Made by a program: the position numbers and the translations under genes | NCBI GenBank assembly: GCA_045605805.1 | Contig: JAZUQR010000008.1 | Coordinates: 43,253-107,252 of the forward strand | Direction of reading: 5' to 3' | Origin: Alphaproteobacteria bacterium | GTDB taxonomy: Bacteria > Pseudomonadota > Alphaproteobacteria > CAAHEQ01 > UBA3637 | Length of the DNA: 64,000 nucleotides | In this document: in pieces, positions 48,679 through 60,089 of the stretch | Position numbering within the stretch: the stretch's first letter is position 1 | Layout: every line of letters starts with the position of its first letter | The notes under the pieces: model-generated | Told to the model about the DNA's origin: nothing | Database searches by the model: none | Seen by the model: only the letters and a program-made list of their open reading frames with translations

Positions 48679-49347
48679 ATGAAATGGGAAATCAAGCATT
48701 TTAATTCTTTATCCAGCACAAATTTAACAGCACGGGATTATCCTGTGGGTACTGTGGTGTTGGCTGATGTGCAAACCGATGGTCGTGGGCGTTATGGTCG
48801 GATATGGCACGGTTCAGCCGGCAACTTATATGCTTCGTTTGTATTTGATAGAAATGCTTGCTATGTCCCATATCTTTCTTTTTTGGCCGGATTGGCTTTG
48901 GCAGAAAGTTTGCCAGAGCTGAATGTGCGTTTGAAATGGCCAAATGATGTTTTGTTGAATGGAGCAAAGGTGGCTGGTATTTTGTTGGAAGTTGTGGATG
49001 ATAAGGTGATTGTTGGTGTTGGTGTGAATCTTGTTTCTCATCCGGAGGAAAAAGATATGCTGTATCCGGTTGCTGATTTGTCTGGGCGTTTTACTGCCAT
49101 GGGTTTGTTGAACCGTTTGATGCTTCAATTGGATGCTTTGTTGGATGTTTTCCAGAAAAAAGGCTTTGATAAGATTCGCAAGCGGTGGTTGGATTTGGCG
49201 GTTGGTGTGGGTGATACGATTTTAGTTCAGCTGCCAACAAAAAAGATAACAGGGATTTTTAAGGGGATAGGTGAAGAGGGTGCTTTACTGTTAAAAACCA
49301 AAAAAGGCCTTCAAAATATCACTGTGGGAGATGTTTTTTTAATTTAA
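48679..49347 (+). CDS. birA: Biotin-protein ligase
   Basis: STN, QTDGRGR, KWPND and KVAGIL motifs. Confidence 0.93.
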   Translation: MKWEIKHFNSLSSTNLTARDYPVGTVVLADVQTDGRGRYGRIWHGSAGNLYASFVFDRNACYVPYLSFLAGLALAESLPELNVRLKWPNDVLLNGAKVAGILLEVVDDKVIVGVGVNLVSHPEEKDMLYPVADLSGRFTAMGLLNRLMLQLDALLDVFQKKGFDKIRKRWLDLAVGVGDTILVQLPTKKITGIFKGIGEEGALLLKTKKGLQNITVGDVFLI

Positions 49348-49377
49348 TGTATAACTTTAATATGAAAGAATAACTAT

Positions 49378-51066
49378 ATGGAAAATAATGAAAAAAATGA
49401 AAATAAAATTGTGATTCCAAAAGATGAGTTTGTTTTTCTTCCTTTGGGTGGGGCAACAGATATTGGAATGAACTTTTTTGCTTATGGCTATCGTGGTAAG
49501 TGGTTGATTGTGGATTGCGGAATAGGTTTTCCTGGTGAAAACTTGCCAGGGGTGGATTGCTTATTGCCTGATCCGTCTTTTTTATCGGAAAGACAAGAAG
49601 ATATTGTTGGTTTGGTGATAACGCATGCACACGAAGATCACATTGGAGCGATTGGTTATTTGTGGCATGATTTACATTGTCCGATTTATTGTACGCCCTT
49701 TGCAAATGAGTTAGTTGAATCTAAATTGAGTGAGATGGGCCTTTTGGGGCGTGCGGATGTGCATGTTGTGGCCCAAGGGGATATTGTGGATTTATCGCCT
49801 TTTGAAGTGGAGTTTGTTAGAATGAATCACTCGTTGCCTGAGCCGAATGCGTTGGCAATTCGCACCGAAGAAGGGCTTGTTGTTCATACGGGTGATTGGC
49901 GTTTGGATGCGGATCCTGTTTTGGGTCAAGCCCCTGATTTTAAGGCATTGGAGGACTTTGGTAAAGAAGGGGTTTTAGCGTTGGTTTGTGATTCTACCAA
50001 TGCTTCGGGTGAAGCATCTGAGTTCACCGAGGCTGATGTGCGTGTGACTTTGGAACGATTGGTGAAAGACCATCCGGATGTACACATTGCTGTGGCCTGT
50101 TTTGCCAGTAATGTGGCTCGGATGAAAAGCATTTACTATGCGGCTAATGCTGCGGGGCGAGAGGTTTGTTTATTGGGACGCAGTTTGTGGCGGATTGATG
50201 CGGCAGCGCGGGCCACAGGCTATTTTGATGATATTCCTGAGTTTTTGTCGGAAGAGGAAGCTGTGGAAAGACCTCGTGGTTCGGTGCTTTATATCTGTAC
50301 CGGTTCGCAGGGAGAGCCTTATTCTGCGTTGAATAATTTGGCGGCTACAACACCGAATAAAGGCTCGGTTTATTTTGGGACAGATGATGTGGTGATTTTT
50401 TCGTCTCGTGTTATTCCAGGGAATGAAAAAGCGATTAGTCTTTTGCAAAAACGCTTGGCCAGCAAGGGTATTAAAATTATTACAGATCGAGAAGATTTGG
50501 TTCATGTGTCGGGGCATTATGCGGGCGAAGATTTGGAAAAACTTTATGCCATTTTGAAGCCAAAAATTGCTTTGCCGGTGCATGGTGAGGCTTTGGAGTT
50601 GGTGTACCACAGTAATGTGGCCAAAAAATGTGGGGTACCCTATGTTTTTTGTTTGGAAGATGGTGAAGTTTTGGTGCTGAGTGGTGATGCTCCAGAGATT
50701 TTAGGAGAAGTTCAAGCCGGTATTTTGGCAGTGGACGGCAAACAGATTATTCCCCTTAATGCCGAAGTGATTAAAAAACGCAGAAAGATGATGGATGAAG
50801 GAACGGCTGTATTGACCTTGGTTATTGATAAAAAGGGACAAGTTTTGGGACAGCCTCAATTGTCTACTTTTGGATTACTTGCTGCGGATGGGGCAGAGCA
50901 GGAAGAATTGCTGGTGCGTATCACAAACGCCATGGCAGAAGTGGCACCGGAACGATTGGATGATGACAATTTAATCAAGGATAAAATGCGTCATACTATT
51001 CGCCAATTCTTGTCTGAAAAATACGGCAAAAAACCTCTGATGGAAATTCATTTAATACGGGTTTAA
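49378..51066 (+). CDS. rnj: Ribonuclease J
   Basis: PLGG..IGMN, THAHEDHIG, GSQGEP, HVSGH and PVHGE motifs. Confidence 0.95.
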   Translation: MENNEKNENKIVIPKDEFVFLPLGGATDIGMNFFAYGYRGKWLIVDCGIGFPGENLPGVDCLLPDPSFLSERQEDIVGLVITHAHEDHIGAIGYLWHDLHCPIYCTPFANELVESKLSEMGLLGRADVHVVAQGDIVDLSPFEVEFVRMNHSLPEPNALAIRTEEGLVVHTGDWRLDADPVLGQAPDFKALEDFGKEGVLALVCDSTNASGEASEFTEADVRVTLERLVKDHPDVHIAVACFASNVARMKSIYYAANAAGREVCLLGRSLWRIDAAARATGYFDDIPEFLSEEEAVERPRGSVLYICTGSQGEPYSALNNLAATTPNKGSVYFGTDDVVIFSSRVIPGNEKAISLLQKRLASKGIKIITDREDLVHVSGHYAGEDLEKLYAILKPKIALPVHGEALELVYHSNVAKKCGVPYVFCLEDGEVLVLSGDAPEILGEVQAGILAVDGKQIIPLNAEVIKKRRKMMDEGTAVLTLVIDKKGQVLGQPQLSTFGLLAADGAEQEELLVRITNAMAEVAPERLDDDNLIKDKMRHTIRQFLSEKYGKKPLMEIHLIRV

Positions 51067-51067
51067 T

Positions 51068-52372
51068 TTAATGAAGCAAGGGCGACCAAGCCGGATCACT
51101 TGCGTCTGTGCTTGTTTGCAGTTCTGTTTCAAAATAGCCTGTGATGTCAATGGTGAACAGTTTTGCGGTTTGTCCTTTGCCTTTTTTATCCATTGGTGTT
51201 TGCTTCCAAAAGGCCAAAATACGCCCATTGGGGGCCCATGTTGGCCCTTCCACAAGCCAACCCTTTGTAATGAGTCTTTCTCCAGATCCGTTTGGTTTCA
51301 TAAGGCCAATGTGAAACTGTCCGTCTTTGATTTTTGTGAAGGCAATATAATCCCCTCGTGGTGACCAAACAGGGGTGGCATAACTGCCTTCGCCAAAGCT
51401 GATTCTTTGCACATTTGTGCCATCTGTGTTCATCACATATAATTGTTGCTTGCCAGAACGATCCGAGTTGAAAACAATTTGCTTGCCATTTGGGGAAAAG
51501 CTGGGTGAGGTATCAATGGCATGATGGTTTGTCAATTGGGTGCGTTTTTGGGTTTTCAAATGATACAGATAGATTTCTGAATTACCTCGTTTGGATTGCG
51601 AATAGACCAAGTATTCTCCGTTGGGTGAAAAACGAGGGGCAAAAGACATGCCTTCAAAAGTTCCCAATGCTTTTGTTGTTAAATCTTGCGTGTTCATAAT
51701 ATACAGCTGTGGCTTGCCTTTGGCGTAGGACATATAGACAATTTCTTTCATGTTTGGTGAAAAGCGAGGTGTCATGGCCATATCTTTTCCGTCTGTTAAA
51801 TAGCGTAGGTTAGCCCCATCTTGATCCATAACGGCCAATCTTCTTTGACGGTTTTGGGCGTTTCCTCGTTCGGAAATGAAGGCGATTTTTGTATCAAAAT
51901 AACCTTTTTCTCCTGTCAACCGTTCATAAATAATATCGGAAATGACATGGGCAATTTTGCGCCAATTATCTGATGGGGCAGACAATCGCTTTGCTTCCAG
52001 CTGTTGTTGGGCGTAGATATCCCAAATGCGAAAGGAAATATAGATTTTATTGTCCAGCCCTTGACTTATTTCGCCATGAATTAAGGCGTGGGCGTTCAGA
52101 GCTTGCCAATCGGCAAAGTGCGGTTGTGTTTGTAAGGAATCCATTTGTTGGATATGCGCTTCTTTATCTATGATGCGAAACAGATTTGATTTTTCCAGAT
52201 TTTGAGTAATTATTTGGGTAATTTGTTCCCCAAGATTTGTGTTTGTTGTGGCGGTAAAGTTGCTTATGGCTATTGGGGTTGGGTCTGATTTTGCGCCTTC
52301 TATATCAATGCGCAAAGCAGCCCTTGCATGAGCGGACAGACAAATCAGGCATAACAGTATCAGCTTTTTCAT
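51068..52372 (-). CDS. tolB: Tol-Pal beta-propeller protein TolB
   Basis: Signal peptide; [16 protein letters not shown]; repeated P.(F/W)SP.G. Confidence 0.95.
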   Translation of the reverse strand: MKKLILLCLICLSAHARAALRIDIEGAKSDPTPIAISNFTATTNTNLGEQITQIITQNLEKSNLFRIIDKEAHIQQMDSLQTQPHFADWQALNAHALIHGEISQGLDNKIYISFRIWDIYAQQQLEAKRLSAPSDNWRKIAHVISDIIYERLTGEKGYFDTKIAFISERGNAQNRQRRLAVMDQDGANLRYLTDGKDMAMTPRFSPNMKEIVYMSYAKGKPQLYIMNTQDLTTKALGTFEGMSFAPRFSPNGEYLVYSQSKRGNSEIYLYHLKTQKRTQLTNHHAIDTSPSFSPNGKQIVFNSDRSGKQQLYVMNTDGTNVQRISFGEGSYATPVWSPRGDYIAFTKIKDGQFHIGLMKPNGSGERLITKGWLVEGPTWAPNGRILAFWKQTPMDKKGKGQTAKLFTIDITGYFETELQTSTDASDPAWSPLLH

Positions 52373-52384
52373 TTTTCCCCCTTT

Positions 52385-53245
52385 TTAGAACACATTAGCA
52401 TCCATTGGATTAAAATGCAAGTGTAATTCTTTCCAATCATTATAATGTTCGGCATAGGTGTTGGCCAAGATTTTGAAAGGTGATTCTTCGCCTTTTTGGG
52501 CGCAAATATGGACAGCCCGACGGGCACTTTCAGCCAAAGATTTGAATGCAGGAAGATTCATATTATTTGAGATAGTGGCTTCTCGGACAGAGCCGTCTTT
52601 ATTCAGTAATACTTTAATTTCTATGATAATTTCTTCAATGTTTTGGGCACCACCGTCTATGTTCCAACACTCACGCAACTTGGAGGCGATGAAGTCTTTT
52701 TCGGAAATTGTCAGCACTTTATCTATGCGTCCTTCTAAGCTGGTTGAGATAGTTTCTTGTTGTGTGGGCTGTTCCTGTGGTTCAGAAGGGGAGATTTCTT
52801 GCCGGACTTTTTCCACACTGGCTAATAATGATTTTAGATTATAATTTTGTTTTTTTTCTGGTTGCTTTGGTTGTGGTTTAGGCTGAGCTTTTTCTTGTTT
52901 CTTGTCTTGTTTGGGTGGCTGAACGGCTACCGCTTGCTTTGGTGGTGGTGTTTCTTGTGGTTTTGGTTTTGGTGTTGGGGTTTTTATCTCTTTTTTGGGT
53001 GTGATTTGGGTCGTTTTTTGTTTTTCCTGTTTGGGTTGGACAGGTTGCTTTGTTTGTTGTTGCTTTTTTTTGATGGATTTTTGGGGCAGATTGGTTTTTT
53101 CGGCAATTTTAACTTTTGTCAAGTCTATCATCATCACAGCCTGTGGTGTTTTTTCTTTTTCAGTGGGCAAAGAAAAGTTTATCATCATCAAGCCAAGGAT
53201 GCATGCATGTAGAGTGAGCGAAAGTAAAAAGGCTTGTTTTTGCAT
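52385..53245 (-). CDS. tolA: TolA-like protein
   Basis: S..LH TM motif, P/K/Q-rich linker, C-terminal CWN...AESARRAV domain. Confidence 0.8.
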   Translation of the reverse strand: MQKQAFLLSLTLHACILGLMMINFSLPTEKEKTPQAVMMIDLTKVKIAEKTNLPQKSIKKKQQQTKQPVQPKQEKQKTTQITPKKEIKTPTPKPKPQETPPPKQAVAVQPPKQDKKQEKAQPKPQPKQPEKKQNYNLKSLLASVEKVRQEISPSEPQEQPTQQETISTSLEGRIDKVLTISEKDFIASKLRECWNIDGGAQNIEEIIIEIKVLLNKDGSVREATISNNMNLPAFKSLAESARRAVHICAQKGEESPFKILANTYAEHYNDWKELHLHFNPMDANVF

Positions 53246-53667
53246 CAGTTGTTTTTTATCTCCATCACTTTTGCATCTGTTTTTAAGCCGACTTGTGTAA
53301 AACCAGCGGTTCTGAGCAGGGCCATCACCTCAATCACCTGACCATAGTGGGCTTGGCTGTCACCGGAAATCATCATTTGTATCTTGGGATTTTCTTTGAC
53401 AATTGCAGTTATTTTATTTGTTAAAGAGTTTATTTTAACTTCTTGATTTGAAATAAAAATCTTTCCTTCTTTATCAATACTTATATCTAATGTTTTTTCT
53501 TGGCTTTCAATGGCCTTTCCATCCCCTTTTGGCAAAGTTAAAGGAATGCCTGTTGTTAGCAGTGGGGCTGTAATCATAAAGATAGCCAACAAACTGGTCA
53601 TCACATCAATCAAGGGGGTTAGATTGACCTCTGATTTAATGGTGTGGGTATGGCGTCTGTGCCTCAT
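53245..53667 (-). CDS. tolR: TolR
   Basis: EVNLTPLIDVM..LL.IFMITAP motif. Confidence 0.92.
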   Translation of the reverse strand: MRHRRHTHTIKSEVNLTPLIDVMTSLLAIFMITAPLLTTGIPLTLPKGDGKAIESQEKTLDISIDKEGKIFISNQEVKINSLTNKITAIVKENPKIQMMISGDSQAHYGQVIEVMALLRTAGFTQVGLKTDAKVMEIKNN

Positions 53668-54350
53668 TTATGGCTCCTTTGTGTTTCCAAAATTGTTGTC
53701 AGTTCATCAGAAAATGTTTCCATTTTGCCCACCACTCGGTCAATATCGTGTGTGATTTTGTTATATCCGATTAAGGCTGGGATGGCGGCAATTAGGCCAA
53801 CTGCTGTGGTGAACAGAGCTTCGGCCACGCCTGGGGCAACAGCAGCGATGTTTGTGCTTTGGGTTGCCCCGATGGCGTTAAAGCTGTCCATAATTCCCCA
53901 AACTGTTCCAAACAGCCCCAGCAATGGTGCTACCGAACCAGTGGAGGCCAAGAAAATCATATGCGTTTCAAGTTTTTCCACTTGTTTATCAATAGTGATT
54001 TGAATGGTTTTGTTTAGGCGTTCGGATAGTTTGACCCCTTCCGTGTTTTTATTTTCATGGCTGTGTTTCCATTCTTGATAGCTGGTGGTAAAAATCAAGG
54101 ACAGAGGGTCTTTGGCTTTTTGAGCCACTTCGTTAAAGAATTGTTCCAGTGAGGTTGTTTTCCAAAACTTTTCTTCAAAGCGTTTCATACCTCGTTTGAT
54201 ATGTTTTAAGGTTATCATCTTGTCAAAGATGATTGCCCAGCACCAAACAGATGCCAATAATAATCCCAAAATCAACAGCTTCATAAAAGTATCGGCTTGT
54301 TGAAACATCGTCATCATAGAGATGGATGAGTGTACGACTTCGTTTTGCAT
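53664..54350 (-). CDS. tolQ: TolQ
   Basis: LASTGSVAPLLGLFGTVWGIM and VAPGVAEAL motifs. Confidence 0.95.
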   Translation of the reverse strand: MQNEVVHSSISMMTMFQQADTFMKLLILGLLLASVWCWAIIFDKMITLKHIKRGMKRFEEKFWKTTSLEQFFNEVAQKAKDPLSLIFTTSYQEWKHSHENKNTEGVKLSERLNKTIQITIDKQVEKLETHMIFLASTGSVAPLLGLFGTVWGIMDSFNAIGATQSTNIAAVAPGVAEALFTTAVGLIAAIPALIGYNKITHDIDRVVGKMETFSDELTTILETQRSHK

Positions 54351-54767
54351 TTATTGTTCTCCTTTTTCCAGATATTCTTCATAGATTTTTTTAATGTCGG
54401 GGGCAATGCGTTTTGGACGCAGGGTTGTTGTATCCACACTGACGGCTTCCACACACACAGTTGCAATATGTTGGTCTTCCAACCAAAAGGTTTGTTGGGT
54501 CAAGCAGCTGGCTGCTTTAATTTGTTTGACAACTGTTTTGATTTTGATAACGCTGTTTAATGGAGCAGGGCGTTTATAGTCAATTTCGGCATGCGCGATG
54601 ACGAAGGCATCTCCTCGTTCTAACAGCATCGGCATTGGGAGACCAACCTCATTAAACCATTCACTTCTGGCTCGTTCCGCATAGACCAGATAGTTTGCAT
54701 GATAGGCGATACCACTTGCATCTGTATCTTTATAATAGATTCTGAATTCAAATTCGTGTGTTTTCAT
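54351..54767 (-). CDS. ybgC: YbgC family acyl-CoA thioesterase
   Basis: [17 protein letters not shown]...ERARSE; upstream of tolQ. Confidence 0.9.
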   Translation of the reverse strand: MKTHEFEFRIYYKDTDASGIAYHANYLVYAERARSEWFNEVGLPMPMLLERGDAFVIAHAEIDYKRPAPLNSVIKIKTVVKQIKAASCLTQQTFWLEDQHIATVCVEAVSVDTTTLRPKRIAPDIKKIYEEYLEKGEQ

Positions 54768-55795
54768 GCTTCATTATCCCTCAATAAATCTGGTTGAACA
54801 TATTGTGTTGGGGTTTTAAGACCCAAATGCTTATAGCCAAGAGGTGAAAGCATACGACCACGGGGGGTGCGCATGACTAATCCTAATTGCATTAGGTATG
54901 GTTCAATCACTTCTTCTAATGTATCCCTTTCTTCGGACAGGGCAGCACTTAAAGTGTCGGCCCCAACGGGACCTCCCGCATATTTTTCGGCAATACAGCG
55001 CAAGTATCTTCTGTCCATTGCATCAAGCCCCTGTTTATCCACCTCTAAACGATTGAGGGCAAGGTCGGCCAATTCGGGGGTGACGGGTTGATTGGTGGCA
55101 AAGTCACGCACTCTGCGGAGTAAGCGACCGGCAATACGAGGTGTGCCACGAGAACGTTTGGCAATTTCATGGGCGCCTTCTGGTGTCATATTCATATTCA
55201 GCAGATGGGCGTTGCGTTCCACAATTTTTTGCAAATCATCTGTTTCGTAAAAGTTGAGATGAAGCGGAATTCCGAATCGGTCACGCAATGGTGTGGAAAG
55301 CAGGCCAGAACGGGTTGTTGCCCCAATCAATGTGAAGGGGGGCAGGTCAATGCGCACAGAGCGGGCGGCTGGGCCTTCTCCAATCACGATATCCAATTGA
55401 TAATCTTCCATGGCGGAATAAAGGACTTCTTCCACAGCCGGATTCAGACGGTGGATTTCATCAATAAACAGCACATCTCGTGGTTCAAGATTGGTTAAAA
55501 TGGCGGCCAAATCGCCCGATTTTGAAATCATTGGGCCGGAAGTAGGGCGGAAATTGACCCCCAATTCTTTGGACACAATTTGGGCCAATGTTGTTTTACC
55601 CAGCCCTGGTGGGCCAAACAGTAAGACATGGTCCATTGCCTCTTGTCTGTCACGAGCGGCATTGACGAACACACGCAGATTTTGGCAAAGTGTGCGTTGG
55701 CCGACAAAATCGTCTAAACTTTGGGGGCGCAGACTTTTGTAAAGTTCTTCATCTCCGGTTTGTTTTTGTGGGGCGATAATTCTGTTTTCTGTCAT
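54764..55795 (-). CDS. ruvB: Holliday junction helicase RuvB
   Basis: [17 protein letters not shown] and SRGTPRIA motifs. Confidence 0.98.
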   Translation of the reverse strand: MTENRIIAPQKQTGDEELYKSLRPQSLDDFVGQRTLCQNLRVFVNAARDRQEAMDHVLLFGPPGLGKTTLAQIVSKELGVNFRPTSGPMISKSGDLAAILTNLEPRDVLFIDEIHRLNPAVEEVLYSAMEDYQLDIVIGEGPAARSVRIDLPPFTLIGATTRSGLLSTPLRDRFGIPLHLNFYETDDLQKIVERNAHLLNMNMTPEGAHEIAKRSRGTPRIAGRLLRRVRDFATNQPVTPELADLALNRLEVDKQGLDAMDRRYLRCIAEKYAGGPVGADTLSAALSEERDTLEEVIEPYLMQLGLVMRTPRGRMLSPLGYKHLGLKTPTQYVQPDLLRDNEA

Positions 55796-57189
55796 TTTTT
55801 TAGTCCTTGTTTATAATTTAACTCTGTACCACCCCATTCAACTACGGTAAAGCCTGTGCGTGTTGGTGTAGGAGGTAAAATTTGTTCCGGAAGATCTATT
55901 TTCTTTTCAAGTGGTTTATATACCATTAAAACCCGAATCAGTGTGTCTGGCTTTGGGGTAATGTGAAGGGGCATATTTTCGTTTTGTTGGCTGATGCTTT
56001 CAAAGCGAATAAGGTTATAAGGGTTGTTTTCCATTTTTGGCAACCAGTAAATGATAAACTCTTCCGCTTCGTGTTCATTCAAACCCAACTGTGCCAGTTT
56101 TTCTTCCAAAAACTTGATTGTATCTTCGCCTTTGACTATAAAGCCATTGTTGCTTTGGGTGGTGGTGGTATTGTGTCCTTCCCAATATAGGGCATACAGG
56201 TTTCGCTTTGTTTTCAGGTCTATTAAATCACCAGTTGGTTTGGCCAATATATGCCATCCATCGTTTGGGTATTTTGGATAAGTATGTGTTAGTTTTTTGG
56301 GATAGCCCATTTTCACAATGACTTCTGTTTCCTCTTGCGGATACAGATAAATAATAGGTTTTGCAACACAGGAGTTTGGAATGTTTTTTTGATAGGGAAG
56401 ACCTTCGGGCTTTCCGTTGAGATATTTTTGAATGGTTGCGATATCGTGCTGATCACAGTTGTTGCTTGGTTTGAGATGTATTGTTATTTCACCCGAGAAC
56501 GGTTTGTCCTGTTTGTGGTTAGGGGTATCAAGCAAGGCATAGAAACGTCCTTCTTTTGTGTAGACTTGATGTATTGTATAACCATGCGACTCTAAGGATT
56601 TGTCTGATGGGATTTCTGTGATAGGATATGCCGCTTTTTGAACACCTTTTTCAATTATCAATAGGTGTGTTTTATCTTTTGAGTATAATTTGCCGGTATA
56701 TGGTTGTGCCAATTGTTTATTTTGGATGTAAAAATCATTTATCCATTTATCTATGGATTTTTTGTGCCTTTCCATTGGAACAGTTAGCATCTTTGATATG
56801 TTGATTTTACAAGTGTTGTGCTTGTTATGACAAGATTGTATTTCGTTTTTGGGGTATTTGTTTTTTGCGAGTGTGGTACACTGATCAAGAATTTGTGAGC
56901 ATTTTGTTTGATATGCAGATGAACACTTGTGTATGCCATTCATTACATCATCTTTTTGTAAGGGGGCACCGAGTTGTTGACATGTATTTTTAGTATATTG
57001 ATAGATATGTTGTTCGAGTGTTTTTGTGACCATATCATCAAAGCTGCGCTTTACGGATGGATAGGAGGAATAATCAGGTATGTGTTTGATGATATTATTC
57101 TCTACAAAGGTTTGTGTGTTTAACTCGTAGATTTTGGCGTGAGTTGTGAATGATATTAAAATTAAGCTTAGGGCAATTATTTTTTTCAT
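55792..57189 (-). CDS. Exported hypothetical protein with C-terminal KPIIYLYP...VVEWGG domain
   Basis: Signal peptide, Cys-rich N-region; [28 protein letters not shown] and GFTVVEWGG blocks. Confidence 0.75.
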   Translation of the reverse strand: MKKIIALSLILISFTTHAKIYELNTQTFVENNIIKHIPDYSSYPSVKRSFDDMVTKTLEQHIYQYTKNTCQQLGAPLQKDDVMNGIHKCSSAYQTKCSQILDQCTTLAKNKYPKNEIQSCHNKHNTCKINISKMLTVPMERHKKSIDKWINDFYIQNKQLAQPYTGKLYSKDKTHLLIIEKGVQKAAYPITEIPSDKSLESHGYTIHQVYTKEGRFYALLDTPNHKQDKPFSGEITIHLKPSNNCDQHDIATIQKYLNGKPEGLPYQKNIPNSCVAKPIIYLYPQEETEVIVKMGYPKKLTHTYPKYPNDGWHILAKPTGDLIDLKTKRNLYALYWEGHNTTTTQSNNGFIVKGEDTIKFLEEKLAQLGLNEHEAEEFIIYWLPKMENNPYNLIRFESISQQNENMPLHITPKPDTLIRVLMVYKPLEKKIDLPEQILPPTPTRTGFTVVEWGGTELNYKQGLKK

Positions 57190-57813
57190 TTATAAACTCC
57201 CTTTGCCGATTTCTTTTAAGGACAGACGGATGAGTTCCGCAGTTTCTAAATCTGGATTTTGGCGCAAGATATTGGCCACAATCATCCCCGCCTCAATGCG
57301 GGCATAACCCAGATTGGACAAGGCCGAAATAGCATCTTCCATTGCTTGATTTTGTTGTGGTGCCTGTGTGGTTTGTGTTCCTAAGATTTGCATAGATTCG
57401 GATGAGCCGATGCTTCCCATTTTGCCTTTTAGTTCTGTGACAAGGCGCACACCTAATTTGGGGCCCACACCGCCAGCTCGGGTGAAGGCTTTGCCATCTG
57501 CGGCCATAACGGCCATTTGAATCTCGTTGGGCGAGAGGGCGGATAAAATAGCTAATGCTACTTTTGCACCTACGCCTTGAACAGTGCTTAAAATCGTGAA
57601 CATTTCTTGTTCGGTTTTATCGGCAAAGCCAATCAAGTGGATATGGTCCTCACGCACCTGCGTTTCAATCCAAAGCGAAGCCGTGCCACCCGCTTGGGGC
57701 ATTTTAGAGGCTGTTTTTGACGAGCAAAAGATACGATAGCCTACGCCAGACACATCCAGAATAAGGTATCCATCATAAAAAGAATCAATCAATCCGGTCA
57801 ATTTTCCAATCAT
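57190..57813 (-). CDS. ruvA: Holliday junction protein RuvA
   Basis: MIGKLTG, GVGY, VREDHI.LIGF and GVGAKVALAIL motifs; ATG 57813 with AGGAG RBS. Confidence 0.96.
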   Translation of the reverse strand: MIGKLTGLIDSFYDGYLILDVSGVGYRIFCSSKTASKMPQAGGTASLWIETQVREDHIHLIGFADKTEQEMFTILSTVQGVGAKVALAILSALSPNEIQMAVMAADGKAFTRAGGVGPKLGVRLVTELKGKMGSIGSSESMQILGTQTTQAPQQNQAMEDAISALSNLGYARIEAGMIVANILRQNPDLETAELIRLSLKEIGKGSL

Positions 57814-57935
57814 TTTTATGTTCTCCTTTTGTTCTACTTTAACCAAAAATCAGAAAAATGCAAATAAAAAGAGTTGCAATTTGGAAAAAAGTTTTGTATG
57901 ATTGGTTAAAAATTGGTTAAAAAAAAGGATTTGTC

Positions 57936-59387
57936 ATGGCGATATTAAATGATGCACCTCGGATTCCACCGCAAAACTTAGAAGCTGAACAGGCTGTTTT
58001 GGGGGCGATTTTGTCTGATAACCGCAATCTTGAAAAGGTTTCGGATTTTTTGAAACCCGTTCATTTTGTGCATGCTGTGCATGGCAAAATCTATGAGGCA
58101 GCACAAAATTATATCAATCAGGGCCGAATCGCAGATATTGTGACTTTGAAGCCGTTGTTTTTACATGATGATACTTTGAATGATGTGGGTGGGGTGGAGT
58201 ATTTAACAAAACTTGCTTCCTCGGCTTCTACCATCATCAATGTGGTGGATTATGCTCGGGAGATTTTGGATTGCTATACACGGCGTCAGTTGATTTCTTT
58301 GGGAACAGATGTTGTGAACAAAGCTTATGACCGTAATTTAGACGAAGGTTCAACCAAGCAAATTGAATTTGCAGAAAAATCTTTGTTTGAATTGGCCAAC
58401 CAAGGAGAATTGAACGGTGGGCCTCAATCGTTGATATTGGCTTTGCATCAAACCTTAACTTCTGCGGAAGATGCAATGAAAAATCCCATGGGTATTGCGG
58501 GCACACCAACTGGCTTGGTGGATTTGGATAAGCTGTTGGGTGGTCTTTATAATACAGACTTGATTATTTTGGCTGGTCGGCCGGCTATGGGTAAATCGGC
58601 GTTGGCCATCAACATTGCTTTTAATGCGGCGCAACATTTTGAAAAAGAAAATCAAAAGCCTGGGGCTGTGAAAAAATCGGTTGCCTTTTTCTCTTTGGAA
58701 ATGTCTGCGGAACAGGTAGCGGGGCGTATTTTATCATCTAAGGCCAGTGTGTCTAGTCACTTGATGCGGACAGGTAAATTGACCGAGGATCAATTTGAAG
58801 AATTGGCGGCTGGGGTGAATCTGTTATCAAAAGTGCCTTTGTATGTGGATGAAACGCCGGGGATTACTGTGAACGCTATCAAGAATCGGGCAAGGCGGAT
58901 GTTGCGTAATAAAGAGCAGGGGCTTGGTTTGATTGTGGTGGACTATTTACAGCTTATTTCTGCCAATGGTCGCTCAGAAAATCGGGTACAGGAACTTTCA
59001 GAAATGACTCGTGCTTTGAAGATTATGGCAAAAGAATTGGAAGTGCCGGTGATTGTTTTGTCACAGCTGTCTCGTCTTGTTGAACAGCGGGATAACAAGC
59101 GTCCGATGTTATCCGATTTGCGTGAATCTGGTTCTATTGAACAGGATGCGGATATCGTGATGTTTGTTTATCGTGAGATTTATTATTTGAAAAGTGAACA
59201 ACCGCAACGGCATATGAATGAAACACCCGAGAAGTTTGCTATCCGATTGGCGGAATTGGAACAAAAGAAGTTGGAACTTGAAAATCAAGCCGAAGTGATT
59301 GTGGCCAAGCAACGGCATGGGCCTGTTGGAACGGTTAAGTTATATTTTAACGGTGAGTTTGGCCGTTTTACGGATTTAGAACAATAA
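57936..59387 (+). CDS. dnaB: Replicative DNA helicase
   Basis: EAEQAVLG, AGRPAMGKS, VDYLQL, DLRESGSIEQDAD and KQRHGP motifs. Confidence 0.98.
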   Translation: MAILNDAPRIPPQNLEAEQAVLGAILSDNRNLEKVSDFLKPVHFVHAVHGKIYEAAQNYINQGRIADIVTLKPLFLHDDTLNDVGGVEYLTKLASSASTIINVVDYAREILDCYTRRQLISLGTDVVNKAYDRNLDEGSTKQIEFAEKSLFELANQGELNGGPQSLILALHQTLTSAEDAMKNPMGIAGTPTGLVDLDKLLGGLYNTDLIILAGRPAMGKSALAINIAFNAAQHFEKENQKPGAVKKSVAFFSLEMSAEQVAGRILSSKASVSSHLMRTGKLTEDQFEELAAGVNLLSKVPLYVDETPGITVNAIKNRARRMLRNKEQGLGLIVVDYLQLISANGRSENRVQELSEMTRALKIMAKELEVPVIVLSQLSRLVEQRDNKRPMLSDLRESGSIEQDADIVMFVYREIYYLKSEQPQRHMNETPEKFAIRLAELEQKKLELENQAEVIVAKQRHGPVGTVKLYFNGEFGRFTDLEQ

Positions 59388-59425
59388 AAAAGTCCCCCGA
59401 TTCCAATGCGGTATCGGGGTTTTCT

Positions 59426-59659
59426 TTACACAAAGCCATATTCTTTTGCTTTGATAAGAATCTGGACTCTGTTTTGCACGCCCATGACACGCAATAAAGC
59501 ACTGATATGCATTTTGATGGTTGGTTCGGCAATCCCTAATTTATGGGCAATTTGTTTATTGCTCAGTCCAAGAGCAAGTTGTTCCAAAACTGCTACCTGC
59601 CGTGGGGACAGGAAAAGGCCGTTTTCCAATGCATAATCGGTTTTGTTATAAGGTTTCAT
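59426..59659 (-). CDS. Stand-alone LuxR-type HTH regulator
   Basis: LSPRQ..VL..LA.GLSNKQIA..LGI.E.TIK.H motif. Confidence 0.88.
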   Translation of the reverse strand: MKPYNKTDYALENGLFLSPRQVAVLEQLALGLSNKQIAHKLGIAEPTIKMHISALLRVMGVQNRVQILIKAKEYGFV

Positions 59660-59677
59660 TGCCTTTTCCCCTTTGCT

Positions 59678-59944
59678 TCAGTTGTTTAATTCTTTTTCCA
59701 TTTGTTCTAATTTTTCTTCGGAGTGTTTGATTTTCTTTACCAATAACTCTGAGATTATGGCATTATGGTTTTCATCTGCCCAATTCTTTATCATATACAA
59801 AATGTTCAGTTTATGTTTTTTTGCTTCAAAAATTACTTTGCGCAGTTCCACTGGAAATTGGGACCATACTTTATGGATTTCTTCTTTCAGCTTTTTCTTT
59901 TCCTCTGTTGTTAAACAGATTGATTTTTCTTGTGTTTTTTTCAT
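59678..59944 (-). CDS. Hypothetical small protein
   Basis: AAGGAGG RBS; upstream of the LuxR gene. Confidence 0.6.
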   Translation of the reverse strand: MKKTQEKSICLTTEEKKKLKEEIHKVWSQFPVELRKVIFEAKKHKLNILYMIKNWADENHNAIISELLVKKIKHSEEKLEQMEKELNN

Positions 59945-60089
59945 TTGACCTCCTTATTTTCTTGACAAGATTTAGGTGGGGGTAAGCAAAATGAAAGTCA
60001 ACTCATAAAATCGTAAGAGAACATACTTATTTCTTGCTTGACAAACAGGCTTTGTTTCTTATATAGTGGTTTCATCTGAAAGGGAGTTT

